Shown in pieces: positions 22,131 through 31,412 of a stretch of DNA of 36,450 bases; within the stretch, counting starts at the first letter, position 1; the number at the start of each line of letters is the position of its first letter. Under the pieces are notes generated by a model. The model did no database searches, was not told the origin of the DNA, and saw nothing but the letters and a program-made list of their open reading frames with translations. This DNA comes from a virus. Where the stretch lies: IMG/VR virus record IMGVR_UViG_3300017613_000412; one strand, 5' to 3'. A program made the translations under genes and the position numbers.

Positions 22131-24035
22131 TTATTCTATTGCTGGTCTTACTATGTTTTCACTCTCTAAAGCGAATGTCAAACTTAAATCATCATAAATA
22201 TCATCATCAAAAACACGTTCAAATTCAGCTTCTATTCTATCTGTTTTTAAGTCGTGTGTATAACTTAAACATTGAAAATTACCATCTATGTTATTAATTG
22301 TTAAAACTCCCAAATAAGGCAAATACCCCAAAATACCACCTCTGAATATCATAGAATTACCACCGCTTATCTGCATCCTATCTCTTGCTAACCAATTAAG
22401 CAAAGGAAACATTTTAGTATCATCTATTACTCCTGAAATAGCTTTAGCCCATTGTACTGTATTATTTGCTGCTGAATCCTCAATAGCTCCTATGTAAGAA
22501 TCACCATCATTATCACAGACAAAAACCTTGCTTTCAACATCAACAACTGCTGAAACCTCATCTGTTTTAGTTGCTGTCCAACTCTCACCCTTAACACCTA
22601 ATTGAACACCTGCTATACTTATGTTTTTAATTACTGTATAACTTCCATAGTCTGTATCATCATAATAAGGTCTGTAAAATATTAAAGTTATAGTTCCATC
22701 TTCAGGCAGTCCGTTTGCTGAAATATCAGTTGTAAAATTCATTTCTCTTGTTCTTCTTCCAACTGACCAATTATACTTATATAGTTGAATATTAGCAACT
22801 GAAATAGTCCATTCACCTGTATCATTTAAATAATAAGGAGTTCCTGAATCACCAATAAAAGTTACTCTTATTTTCTGCCCGTAAACACAAGCAAGACCAC
22901 CAACATCTAAATTTACAAAAGCCTCTATTTTTATTTTTAAAGTAGCATCTAAATCTAAATCATTATCATAAGTTGTATGATCGTATTCTATTGTTTTATC
23001 TGTTGTACTGCTGTTTTGTGGCAACATTTGACCTTCATAGTAACCACTTGCCCATCCTGGTATAGCATCTTTTAATACAAAATCCCAATCAGTAGCATGA
23101 TCGTAAACAGTCCAGCCATCAATATCACCTACACCATCATTAAAGTACATTTTAGGATTCTCTAACACTGAATTAACAATGCCATATTCGTAATAGGCTT
23201 TAAAACCACCTAAAGCTGCGTTGTAGTTCTTTTGTTGATTTGCTCCTGCATGACAAGGATTATACCCATCAATATCACTTCCTAACGTTGTACGTGGATC
23301 TACTGCACCGTAACTAATAAAAACACCATCAGAATCATACTCACTAAAAGATATACTTGTAGCATCTGTATAGTAGTCGATTATGCGTACTATATGCCAT
23401 TTATTTTCCTGTTGTGTAATAAAGCACCCATACTTCTTTAAAAGGCTTTCCAGGACTTCTTTAACTGTGAATACAGAACCCTTTTTATCATCCTTTACAT
23501 ATCTGTCAGTGTTTACATAAGTGTCAAACAACGCTTGTTGTGTTATTACAGGATCGGTATCATCTACTGAAAAATACATATTCAGGTCATAGATTCGATA
23601 ATTCATTGTCGCTCCTGTCAACTCTATACATCTTTGTAAGATGTCAAGTTCTGACATTGAACCTTGATAAATATCACCATCAGGATTAAGAAATTTAATA
23701 TTCTCTAATAATCCTAAACCATCAACTGCCTGAATATTGATAAGCCAAAAATCTGTAACAAAACTCTCTACTATTCCATCTGGTTTTATCCAACCATTCC
23801 AAAAATCTATTCCATCTTTTGTAACTAAAACAGGAAGTTGTTTATCTCCGACAGTTGAATATAAAGGTTCTTGATAAGTAGAATCTGTGTCTGCTTCTAA
23901 TTGCATATTAAGAGAAGAACCTCTTAACATATCCATAGTCTTTACTCTAGGTCGTGTAATTTTAGCAGTTCCTTGAATAGTAAAGATGACACTTGAATAA
24001 TTAGGATCATATATTTCTATTTCATATACTGCCAT
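22131..24035 (-). CDS. Baseplate / distal tail (Dit-like) protein, called by position
   Basis: Sits immediately downstream of the tape measure with a 1-nt overlap. 634 aa. No motif recognised. Confidence 0.4.
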   Translation of the reverse strand: MAVYEIEIYDPNYSSVIFTIQGTAKITRPRVKTMDMLRGSSLNMQLEADTDSTYQEPLYSTVGDKQLPVLVTKDGIDFWNGWIKPDGIVESFVTDFWLINIQAVDGLGLLENIKFLNPDGDIYQGSMSELDILQRCIELTGATMNYRIYDLNMYFSVDDTDPVITQQALFDTYVNTDRYVKDDKKGSVFTVKEVLESLLKKYGCFITQQENKWHIVRIIDYYTDATSISFSEYDSDGVFISYGAVDPRTTLGSDIDGYNPCHAGANQQKNYNAALGGFKAYYEYGIVNSVLENPKMYFNDGVGDIDGWTVYDHATDWDFVLKDAIPGWASGYYEGQMLPQNSSTTDKTIEYDHTTYDNDLDLDATLKIKIEAFVNLDVGGLACVYGQKIRVTFIGDSGTPYYLNDTGEWTISVANIQLYKYNWSVGRRTREMNFTTDISANGLPEDGTITLIFYRPYYDDTDYGSYTVIKNISIAGVQLGVKGESWTATKTDEVSAVVDVESKVFVCDNDGDSYIGAIEDSAANNTVQWAKAISGVIDDTKMFPLLNWLARDRMQISGGNSMIFRGGILGYLPYLGVLTINNIDGNFQCLSYTHDLKTDRIEAEFERVFDDDIYDDLSLTFALESENIVRPAIE

Positions 24036-25960
24036 TAGTCCGATGTAATTAATCCAGCATAATCTCCTGTTCTACCATTGTTATTAGTGTAGTTATTCAG
24101 AACTCCGTAGAGCTTATCTCCAGCGATTTCAAAAATCACTTTTCCTTCACCACTAAAACTACTTGAACCGTAAGAAGTGCCATAGTTATTACCTGAATAT
24201 CCACCACTTGAACCGCTTGAACTACTACCACCAAACCCTGCACTTGCTAAAGCACCAATAGCTGCACCTGCTGCTGCAAGTAATATACCTGTCTTAATTG
24301 CTGCTGCACCTGCTACGATTGCCACAGGTCCACCCGCTGCGATTGCTATGTCTAGTTTTCCTTTTGCAACGGCTAACTTACCGTATAAAATCATCTGCGC
24401 TCCCATCTTGCTTATGAAAGAACCAAAAGATTTTAATAAAGACTGTCCTATTGCACCAATAATATTACCACCTTCAGCTAAAGCCGTTCCTATTGCACCA
24501 GATAGATCTTGTAAAGCAGGCAACCAAGAATCGCTTAATATCTCTTTCATTTTTACTTGGTGATCTCTAAATAACGCTTCTTCATTTGTTAATCCTCTTG
24601 CGGATGCAGCGACAGCTTGATTTATCTGTTGTTCAGAAAGTTTATAATAACCTTCCATTCTTACTAAATGATCACGATAATTTTGCTCTCTATTAGTATA
24701 TATTCCTACTGTATCAGAATTTAACCCACCAGCTTCAACTCCAAAACCACTTAAAAAATCATCTTTAGGTTTACCGCCTTTATCTACAAACTCGAAAAAT
24801 ACAGGTATTTTTATAGGTGCTTTATTAATTAATTCCTGTGCTTTTCTATTTAGACTATCTAAAAGATTAAATTGTAAACCAAGTTCTTCAGTTAATTTTT
24901 TATCTAGTTCTAGTTTATTATTAGATAGTTTTAGTTTCTGTTTCTGTAATTCTAATAAGGCATCTTCTAGCTTCTTTTGTTTCTCTAATTCTTTTGCGGT
25001 TGCAGGATCAACTTCTGTGTTAATACCTACTAAATTTGCACCTGCTTTAAAGTTCCTTTCCCACCATTCCCTATACTCGTCTAGCTTAACATCTTTCTTA
25101 AATTTATTGAAATTAGAAAGCCACCAATCTTTATATTGCCCCCATGCATTAGCTGAAGTTCCAGCAACCAACCCCCATGTAGAAACTATTTCGTTTGCTT
25201 CCTTTTGAATCTTTAATAACTCTTGTCTTTCTGTTATAAGTACACTAATTGAATCTATTTGAGCATTTAATATTTTTCTACGTTCATTTAATATATCTGT
25301 TGTAGATTTGCCTTGAAGTTTTAAACTTTTCTCTAATTCTTTGTTATATCCTAATTCTATCCCAAACGACTTATTTAAGTCCTCTAACTTCTTTTCTAGT
25401 TTTTTAGCTTTAGATGTTGCACCACCCATTGAAGAACCAAAAGCAACTAAAGCAGAAGTAACCACTGAAACTGCTAATAATATACCCGCCGGACCTACTA
25501 ACGCACCTAACAAAGCACTACGCATAGAAACTCCTGCTGCTTTAGCGTTCTGTCGCAAGTAACCCATTTGAGCCGTTAATTGCTGAATGTTGTTTGCTAC
25601 ACCTCTAATTCCATAGGGTGCATCCTGAATAACTTGTGAAAAAGATGTTAAAGCTGGAGTAGTACCTCGAACCATACCACCCATTTGTTTAATACCTTTA
25701 CCACCTTGAACTGCTCCAGTACCTAAACTCTGTAACTCTCTTCTGTATCTACGTACATTTGCACCCGCTTTGTCAAGTCTAGCGGTGTTTTTAGCTATTG
25801 CGTTGTAATACTGGTCAGAAGATAAAGCACCCGCCTTAAATGTAGCTTCTAGTGCCTTATTAGATAGTTTAAACTTATCAAGTTGTCTTTGTGCTTTCGC
25901 TAAACCTCTTTCTAGTCCTTTTACTTCAGCACCTATTTGTATTTGAACTTGGTCAGCCAT
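24035..25960 (-). CDS. Tail tape measure protein
   Basis: 641 aa with long coiled-coil segments, Gly/Ala-rich hydrophobic stretches and a GSSSSGSSGG tail. Located after the G/GT chaperones. Confidence 0.8.
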   Translation of the reverse strand: MADQVQIQIGAEVKGLERGLAKAQRQLDKFKLSNKALEATFKAGALSSDQYYNAIAKNTARLDKAGANVRRYRRELQSLGTGAVQGGKGIKQMGGMVRGTTPALTSFSQVIQDAPYGIRGVANNIQQLTAQMGYLRQNAKAAGVSMRSALLGALVGPAGILLAVSVVTSALVAFGSSMGGATSKAKKLEKKLEDLNKSFGIELGYNKELEKSLKLQGKSTTDILNERRKILNAQIDSISVLITERQELLKIQKEANEIVSTWGLVAGTSANAWGQYKDWWLSNFNKFKKDVKLDEYREWWERNFKAGANLVGINTEVDPATAKELEKQKKLEDALLELQKQKLKLSNNKLELDKKLTEELGLQFNLLDSLNRKAQELINKAPIKIPVFFEFVDKGGKPKDDFLSGFGVEAGGLNSDTVGIYTNREQNYRDHLVRMEGYYKLSEQQINQAVAASARGLTNEEALFRDHQVKMKEILSDSWLPALQDLSGAIGTALAEGGNIIGAIGQSLLKSFGSFISKMGAQMILYGKLAVAKGKLDIAIAAGGPVAIVAGAAAIKTGILLAAAGAAIGALASAGFGGSSSSGSSGGYSGNNYGTSYGSSSFSGEGKVIFEIAGDKLYGVLNNYTNNNGRTGDYAGLITSD

Positions 25961-26611
25961 TCTTTTCTCTTTTGTATTTTTCTTGTGCTTTACGCAATGC
26001 CTCTAAATGTCTATCTGTTACAACTGGTTCTTTTTTATCTATCGCCCAATACCTATCTTTGCTTATTGGTCGTTGTCCTTTTTTACCGTAAAAGTTAGAT
26101 ACATAAATTTGATAACAAACTTCTCTTGTCAAATATAGTTTCTCTTTTTGTTGTCTATGATATGAAAAAGACCGTAGTCTAAACTCATACCAGGACATAC
26201 GTTTAAAATAATCCAACGATAACCCTAACTCGCCTAAACCAAAAGAAACAACGTCTTTAGCCCAATCTATTTTTTTTTTGAACTATCTTCGTCTGTTTCT
26301 TCTTCTAATGGATGATCACCCAAAATGAAAACACTAAAAGCATCTGACCACTTTTTAACGTTCTCGTTTGCATCGGATAAACCACCCTCATTAGAAAGCC
26401 ATTTAGTAAACTCTTTTAGAGTAAAATCTAACTCTTTTTCATAAGCCACTTGACAAGATATATACATAGCTAATGGATAATATTTAAAAGGATTATTCAC
26501 AAGCAACTGTAACAACTCATTATAAGGCTTATCAGCTTCAGATATAAAGTTACCCATAAACTCTAAATCTATGTTAAAATTTAGGTCTTTATTGTTTATT
26601 TTCAGTTTCAT
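25953..26611 (-). CDS. Tail assembly chaperone G-T fusion made by a programmed -1 frameshift
   Basis: The -1 frame is open from the A10 run (26270..26279) through to the stop at 25953. It reads ...SSKKK-IDWAKDVVSFGLGELGLSLDYFKR... Confidence 0.65.
26267..26611 (-). CDS. Tail assembly chaperone G
   Basis: Lies between the major tail and tape measure genes. Acidic C-terminus ending in KKK, encoded by the slippery run. Confidence 0.65.
   Translation of the reverse strand: MKLKINNKDLNFNIDLEFMGNFISEADKPYNELLQLLVNNPFKYYPLAMYISCQVAYEKELDFTLKEFTKWLSNEGGLSDANENVKKWSDAFSVFILGDHPLEEETDEDSSKKK
26270..26279 (-). other. Slippery A10 run (A AAA AAA heptamer) for the G/GT -1 frameshift
   Basis: Ten consecutive T on the plus strand immediately before the G stop codon TAG. 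Confidence 0.7.
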
Positions 26612-26613
26612 TT

Positions 26614-27054
26614 TTAGGTTGCGTTTGGATCTACTGCCGTAATTGAGCCACTTCCTATTAAAGTGCCACTAAACGTTATTTTTTCCTTATTCGCTGCTGT
26701 TTTCTCTAAATTACCAAAGAATCCTGTTCCATACTCGACATCTGAACCACTTGCATAAGTAGTTGTAATTCGCCATGTAAAAGTTCCTAATGCTCTTAAC
26801 TTGGTTCTTAATTCTGCCCAACTAAAAGTATCACTTGCAGTTTCAGCATAAAGTCCTTCAAAGGATATTTCATAAGAATAATCACCTGGAGTTTTTACTA
26901 ATGCGTTTCCAGAATCGCATTTTGTCAATGGTGCTGCCACTTCATCCACGTTCTCGTTTAAAGAATGTGAAATAAGACAAACCACCGGATCATAAGAGTT
27001 GCTGTCATCCCAGACATACAATATCTCATCTTGCCCATCAATGTATGTAGCCAT
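26614..27054 (-). CDS. Major tail (tube) protein
   Basis: 146 aa located directly upstream of the chaperones. TP901/phi13-like pattern. Confidence 0.65.
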   Translation of the reverse strand: MATYIDGQDEILYVWDDSNSYDPVVCLISHSLNENVDEVAAPLTKCDSGNALVKTPGDYSYEISFEGLYAETASDTFSWAELRTKLRALGTFTWRITTTYASGSDVEYGTGFFGNLEKTAANKEKITFSGTLIGSGSITAVDPNAT

Positions 27055-27080
27055 AAGTATAAATATTTAAAAAATTAATA

Positions 27081-27094
27081 TATGTAAAAGTAAT
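27081..27094 (-). promoter_or_regulatory. Motif tatgtaaaagtaat (minus-strand ATTACTTTTACATA) upstream of the major tail gene
   Basis: The same 14-mer occurs at 109..122 upstream of portal. It is TAnnTTTG-like (TACTTTTA). Confidence 0.35.
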
Positions 27095-27522
27095 CATTTT
27101 ATTTTTAACTCTAAACGCATCAATTTACGGTAAACTACTTCGTCATCCGTTACCTCGTTAAACTCATTTAGAAAGTTCTGTTTTTGCTCTATTACGGTTA
27201 ATCCACCTGTTAATACTAAATCATTTGTTAAGTTTCTAACCGAATCCATTATATCATCTGCTAGCTGTTTGCTTCCTGGATTACCTGGTCGTTTATACCT
27301 CGTCACAACATCTAAAAGAATAGATGAATCCCATAAATCCTCACACTTATTAAAATCCTCAACTAAATTGGTTTGTGTACTCATTAGAATATAATGGTCT
27401 GGATCTGTAACACCGGAAACTCTATAAGTAAAACAGTTAATGGTTTCACCTGAAACTGTAATGCCATTTAAAACAGCTTGTATTGCCTTTCTAACGTATT
27501 TATCTGGTAATGTCTTTTGCAT
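27094..27522 (-). CDS. Tail completion / terminator-like protein
   Basis: Lies between the gp10-like gene and the major tail protein; 142 aa. Confidence 0.45.
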   Translation of the reverse strand: MQKTLPDKYVRKAIQAVLNGITVSGETINCFTYRVSGVTDPDHYILMSTQTNLVEDFNKCEDLWDSSILLDVVTRYKRPGNPGSKQLADDIMDSVRNLTNDLVLTGGLTVIEQKQNFLNEFNEVTDDEVVYRKLMRLELKIK

Positions 27523-27892
27523 GATGTTTTATTCCTTTTTTTAGTTCTTTAACGTATTTAGGTGCTACAATTTTTAAAGCAGGATACATATAAGGTCTGG
27601 GGCCACCGTTCGGGCCTGTACCTATTGGCTTACCATATTCTACATAAGCAGCGTAATTTGTGCCAGTTGAAATAACTCTTGTAAGACCATCTGAACCTGG
27701 TAGGTCAAAATCATGAATAGAATCGTGTAATCTACTTGTGTCTTTAGGCACTATTACTTTTGCTTCAACTTCGATTTGTTCTGACGCTATTCTAGTTTGT
27801 GATTTAATTTCTTGCACTCCCTTTTCGCCAAAGTCCTTTAACTTATTAATAAGCTTATCTACTCCCTTTATTTGCATATTTAATTTAGCCAT
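27500..27892 (-). CDS. HK97 gp10-family head-tail joining protein
   Basis: VPKDTSRLHDSI...NYAAYVEYG...RPYMYPAL matches the gp10 family pattern. Confidence 0.7.
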   Translation of the reverse strand: MAKLNMQIKGVDKLINKLKDFGEKGVQEIKSQTRIASEQIEVEAKVIVPKDTSRLHDSIHDFDLPGSDGLTRVISTGTNYAAYVEYGKPIGTGPNGGPRPYMYPALKIVAPKYVKELKKGIKHHAKDITR

Positions 27893-28208
27893 TCTTTACT
27901 GCTATAAATTGAATAAATCTATTATCGAAATTAGTATTCGTTGGAAAACTCTTAATTGTATATTCTTCTGATTTGTACTTTATGAAATGCTTTTTAGCGT
28001 TAAAGTCAAATACATCTGGTTTACGTACTGTAACCATGATATTTAAAGACTTATTGTCTAAGCCTAGTTCAGTTATATCTCTACCTTTTAAAGTTCTTAA
28101 ATCAGCCCACATATCGTATAACTTTTCGCTTGTTATATTACCATCGCCATATTCATCAACAACTGCGGTTATTAACCAAACTTCTATTTGTTTTCTTAAC
28201 TCTCTCAC
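27885..28208 (-). CDS. Head-tail adaptor / head closure protein (SPP1 gp16-like)
   Basis: Size and position, plus a DEYGD...WADL...G pattern. The GTG start is coupled to the upstream stop (GTGA). Confidence 0.55.
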   Translation of the reverse strand: MRELRKQIEVWLITAVVDEYGDGNITSEKLYDMWADLRTLKGRDITELGLDNKSLNIMVTVRKPDVFDFNAKKHFIKYKSEEYTIKSFPTNTNFDNRFIQFIAVKNG

Positions 28209-28681
28209 AATATAAATCGTTTATTGCTAAATAATATCTCTCTTGACATTTCAGATAAATCCTTTGCTATTGTTTTGCCTGTTTCATGAGAGTAATACAA
28301 TAAGTCAATTATCTCTAATGCTACATCAATTAAATCAGGTGGTACATCAGCAGGATCTAAATAACCTACCGTAAGCGTTAAATCTGTTGTTTCTGAACCG
28401 TAATTATAGATATTATAAGTTGTCTTTTCTATTGTATCATCGTCATCGTAATCCGTTGGTACATCAACTGAATCAATAGGATAATCATACACATAAACAC
28501 ACCCATCAACCATTAAATAGGTTTGTGAACGTTGATATACTAAAATATTAGTTTGTCGTTCTACGTAGCTTAAAGCAGTCTTAATCATGCGTGTAATAGC
28601 ATCATTATCCGCTGTTAATGTTTCATCTACTCTTAAATGCGTTTTAGCCGTTGCTAAAGGTATTACATCAATATATGCCAT
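28205..28681 (-). CDS. Head-tail connector (gp6-like)
   Basis: LATAKTHLRVDETLTADNDAITRMIKTALSYVERQT is the typical gp6-like N-terminus. Confidence 0.7.
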   Translation of the reverse strand: MAYIDVIPLATAKTHLRVDETLTADNDAITRMIKTALSYVERQTNILVYQRSQTYLMVDGCVYVYDYPIDSVDVPTDYDDDDTIEKTTYNIYNYGSETTDLTLTVGYLDPADVPPDLIDVALEIIDLLYYSHETGKTIAKDLSEMSREILFSNKRFIL

Positions 28682-28682
28682 T

Positions 28683-28862
28683 TTATAAATCTTTTAATTC
28701 GCCAAATAAGGCAGTTTCTTTATCTATTCTAATATCATAAACAACTGAATACCCTTTGTATGTTCTTTTTTTGAATCCTATTGAATTATTAGGGTTCATT
28801 ACAAAAACTAATGGCTTATCAATTTTAGGGTGTTCTGAAATCATTTTGTTTAATAGTTCCAT
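28683..28862 (-). CDS. Small ORF (59 aa) absent from the track
   Basis: MELLNKMISEHPKIDKPLVFVMNPNNSIGFKKRTYKGYSVVYDIRIDKETALFGELKDL. It abuts both neighbours. Confidence 0.45.
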   Translation of the reverse strand: MELLNKMISEHPKIDKPLVFVMNPNNSIGFKKRTYKGYSVVYDIRIDKETALFGELKDL

Positions 28863-29021
28863 TTAATTAGTTTTTTGCCATTTATTATTTACTTTTTCAA
28901 TATCTACCATTTTACCATCTTGCATATAACAATAAGTTTTAGTAGAATCTATTTCGCCATTTTTATCTAACTCTGAAAACCTTTCTAACCAATCAGATAA
29001 TACTCTTTCCGATGTTCTCAT
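28863..29021 (-). CDS. Small ORF (52 aa) absent from the track
   Basis: MRTSERVLSDWLERFSELDKNGEIDSTKTYCYMQDGKMVDIEKVNNKWQKTN. ATGA overlap with the upstream stop. Confidence 0.45.
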   Translation of the reverse strand: MRTSERVLSDWLERFSELDKNGEIDSTKTYCYMQDGKMVDIEKVNNKWQKTN

Positions 29022-29200
29022 TGCTCTTTTTTACCTCTTTTTGGTTTAACTTCTTTTTTCTCTGTTCTTACTCTCTTAACCAGCCCTAAAGTTATTAAAT
29101 AATCTTCTCTGCTTTTCGTTAAACCTCTTATTATCTCACCTACCTTTTTAGTACTCTGATCGGTGGTTAAATGTTGAAACTCCTTAATTACTTTAATCAT
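29018..29200 (-). CDS. Small protein with a basic C-terminal tail (60 aa)
   Basis: ATG ORF with a KKEVKPKRGKKEQ tail. Confidence 0.5.
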   Translation of the reverse strand: MIKVIKEFQHLTTDQSTKKVGEIIRGLTKSREDYLITLGLVKRVRTEKKEVKPKRGKKEQ

Positions 29201-29436
29201 TTCTTTCTAGTTTTACGTTCTGAACGTCTTTGTTTTAGTCTGTTATCGTAATTCTCTTGTAACGTTTTTTCTTTTTTGACTACCTTTTTAACCACTTTTT
29301 TAACAGGTGGTTTAATTTCTTGTGCAATACCTCTACCCACTACTACATTTGAATGTTTGACGTCTGCAAAGTAAATAGAACCCGTTGCTTTAAACTCGCC
29401 ATCATAATAATGGTTCTTTAATGCTTTTAATTTCAT
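29197..29436 (-). CDS. Small protein with a (VKK)n basic tail (79 aa)
   Basis: PPVKKVVKKVVKKEK...RRSERKTRKK. Preceded by the recurrent motif. Confidence 0.5.
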   Translation of the reverse strand: MKLKALKNHYYDGEFKATGSIYFADVKHSNVVVGRGIAQEIKPPVKKVVKKVVKKEKTLQENYDNRLKQRRSERKTRKK

Positions 29437-29450
29437 GACTATAAATTTTA

Positions 29451-29469
29451 GTAAAGTTAATAAATTTTA
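29451..29469 (-). promoter_or_regulatory. Recurrent motif gtaaagttaataaatttta
   Basis: 17 of its nucleotides are identical to 33969..33985. On the minus strand TAACTTTA lies 15 nt upstream of the ATG at 29436. Confidence 0.35.
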
Positions 29470-30024
29470 TTTTAAATGAGATTGCTCGTATCTTGGCTCT
29501 TTTCCCCATTCTCTGTATAAGTGAAACATGTAAATTCCTTTTGCTATTCCTATCTTACCACCAATCTTTTCAACATAACGACTTAATACGTTATCCAAGT
29601 ATGAACCTTTATAAGCTATTCCACCTTCAGGAAACCGTCCTACATCTTCCCATGTCTGTTTACTGAATAACATCATAACTCCAGCTATTAATGGATTAGG
29701 TGATTCTTCTACTAAAGAACCGTACTTATCGTATCTCTCGTGTGCTATTTTAACGTGATTCTTAATATTGAAATCCTCTGAACAAATCCCGTTATGACAT
29801 TGATATAAAACGCCTTGTCTGTTTGTCATACAACTTACTAAATCAAATTCGTTTGCTTCTGCAATATCTTCACATTGTTTAAAAAAGGCTCTATGATGTA
29901 AAGGGAAGGTGTCGATGTCACGAACACAAATCCAATCTTCATCCGAAAGAAACTCTATTAATTCATTTAATGCTCTTCCTAAATCTTTATCTGCTCTACC
30001 TGGAGTTATGTGATGAACTGTCAA
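29467..30024 (-). CDS. GT-A-fold glycosyltransferase-like protein
   Basis: DxD-like ICVRDIDTF and AGVMMLFSKQTWEDVGRFPEG. The TTG start lies in the TTTTGA stop context of the methylase. Confidence 0.45.
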   Translation of the reverse strand: MTVHHITPGRADKDLGRALNELIEFLSDEDWICVRDIDTFPLHHRAFFKQCEDIAEANEFDLVSCMTNRQGVLYQCHNGICSEDFNIKNHVKIAHERYDKYGSLVEESPNPLIAGVMMLFSKQTWEDVGRFPEGGIAYKGSYLDNVLSRYVEKIGGKIGIAKGIYMFHLYREWGKEPRYEQSHLK

Positions 30025-30668
30025 AATATTGTTAGTTGTGATTGGTGTTGCTTTAGTCTTTTCATTGCTGCATCGTAATATTCCTTATCAAGCTCACAAG
30101 CTGTTAAATCATATTTAAGGTTGTGACAAGCTATCGCAATACTACCACTTCCTAAATGAGTATCAAGTATTAAATCCCCCTCTTTGGCATAGTTCATTAA
30201 AAGCCACTCGTATAGTTTAATGGGTTTTTGAGTTGGGTGTATTTTTATTTCTTTATTTTTCATATCTTCTTGAATAAAACCAAACCAAGTGTATTTATGT
30301 ATTTTTAATGCTGTTTTAAAACTTGTCCAAGCTAATTCACCATCAGCAAAAAAACTCTCTTTATTATTTTTATCCCAAATAATAATTGATGGCGTTGAAT
30401 TTAAATATTCTAAAAAATAATTACCACCCCAAATGATTTGATTTTTACTAACTCTCATTAATTCGTTAAAGTATTCAACATTTGGTGTTGCATTATCCCA
30501 ATCTTTTTTGGTAAATTCAGTTGCTTTAGCGTGTTTATTACTTATCCCAACCTTTCCTGTTTTAGCGGCATCTATTCCATAAGGCGGATCGACTATTGCT
30601 AAATCAAAGTAATTATCTTCATATCTCGCCATTAGTTTCATATTATCTTCATTAGTTATTGTTATCAT
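30021..30668 (-). CDS. Beta-class DNA N6-adenine/N4-cytosine methyltransferase
   Basis: Motif IV IVDPPYGI precedes the AdoMet motif LDTHLGSGS. HPTQKP is present. Confidence 0.85.
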   Translation of the reverse strand: MITITNEDNMKLMARYEDNYFDLAIVDPPYGIDAAKTGKVGISNKHAKATEFTKKDWDNATPNVEYFNELMRVSKNQIIWGGNYFLEYLNSTPSIIIWDKNNKESFFADGELAWTSFKTALKIHKYTWFGFIQEDMKNKEIKIHPTQKPIKLYEWLLMNYAKEGDLILDTHLGSGSIAIACHNLKYDLTACELDKEYYDAAMKRLKQHQSQLTIF

Positions 30669-31288
30669 AGATAATAATTTTGTTTATGTCCTTTCATAAT
30701 TATTGCGTATTGTCCTTTTTCATGTCCTGAAGTGATATTTTCAGGTAGTATTCCTGTTTTCCAACAAGCATAAGGTAAACTGACTTGATCTCTAGGTGCA
30801 AATTTACACGTTTCCTCATACCAAACATCGTGCAATCGGTTTATCTTTTCATCATTCCTTCTTACATGAAAACCATTTAAAAATAGATATTTACCTGCAT
30901 AACCTTGACTTCGATAGTAGTTTATTTGTTTGTCTATTATTTCTCTAGGAAATCTACCGTTTTTAATGATTTGTGCTGCTTCCTGGAATATATCCGTTCT
31001 TGCGATATGTGTAAACCATACTGGTTCGTTAGGTGGTTCTTTAAGTAGTTTCTGATTGCCATCTATGTAACATACTAAATCGTATTCAGGTATAAACTTA
31101 TGAGGTAATATTTTTACTTCTCGACTTAACAAAAGAGGGTTATCACTTTGAAAATATCTAATATCCCAACCTTTAGAATCTTCTCTATATTCATCTGTAA
31201 ACATTATAGAATCCCAACCCTCGAATTTAGGTGCTATTGGTAGTTCATCATAATCACCTGTTATTACGCTAAATATTGCTTTTTTCAT
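30665..31288 (-). CDS. DUF616-type glycosyltransferase
   Basis: IFSVITGDYDEL...SREVKILPHKF...YIDGN...YYRSQGY...RDQVSLPYACWKTG matches the DUF616 pattern. Confidence 0.7.
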   Translation of the reverse strand: MKKAIFSVITGDYDELPIAPKFEGWDSIMFTDEYREDSKGWDIRYFQSDNPLLLSREVKILPHKFIPEYDLVCYIDGNQKLLKEPPNEPVWFTHIARTDIFQEAAQIIKNGRFPREIIDKQINYYRSQGYAGKYLFLNGFHVRRNDEKINRLHDVWYEETCKFAPRDQVSLPYACWKTGILPENITSGHEKGQYAIIMKGHKQNYYL

Positions 31289-31412
31289 TGAACTGCTTAC
31301 ATTCTTGTTTTACTATTTTTACTAAATAATCAATATAAGTTTCTAAATCATTCTCGTATTTACCATTTATAAAGTCTTTAGAGTAATAATCTTTAGGGTT
31401 TGGTCTTTTCAT
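31269..31412 (-). CDS. Possible small ORF (47 aa)
   Basis: MKRPNPKDYYSKDFINGKYENDLETYIDYLVKIVKQECKQFNEKSNI. It bridges the 104-nt gap and overlaps both neighbours. Confidence 0.3.
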   Translation of the reverse strand: MKRPNPKDYYSKDFINGKYENDLETYIDYLVKIVKQECKQFNEKSNI

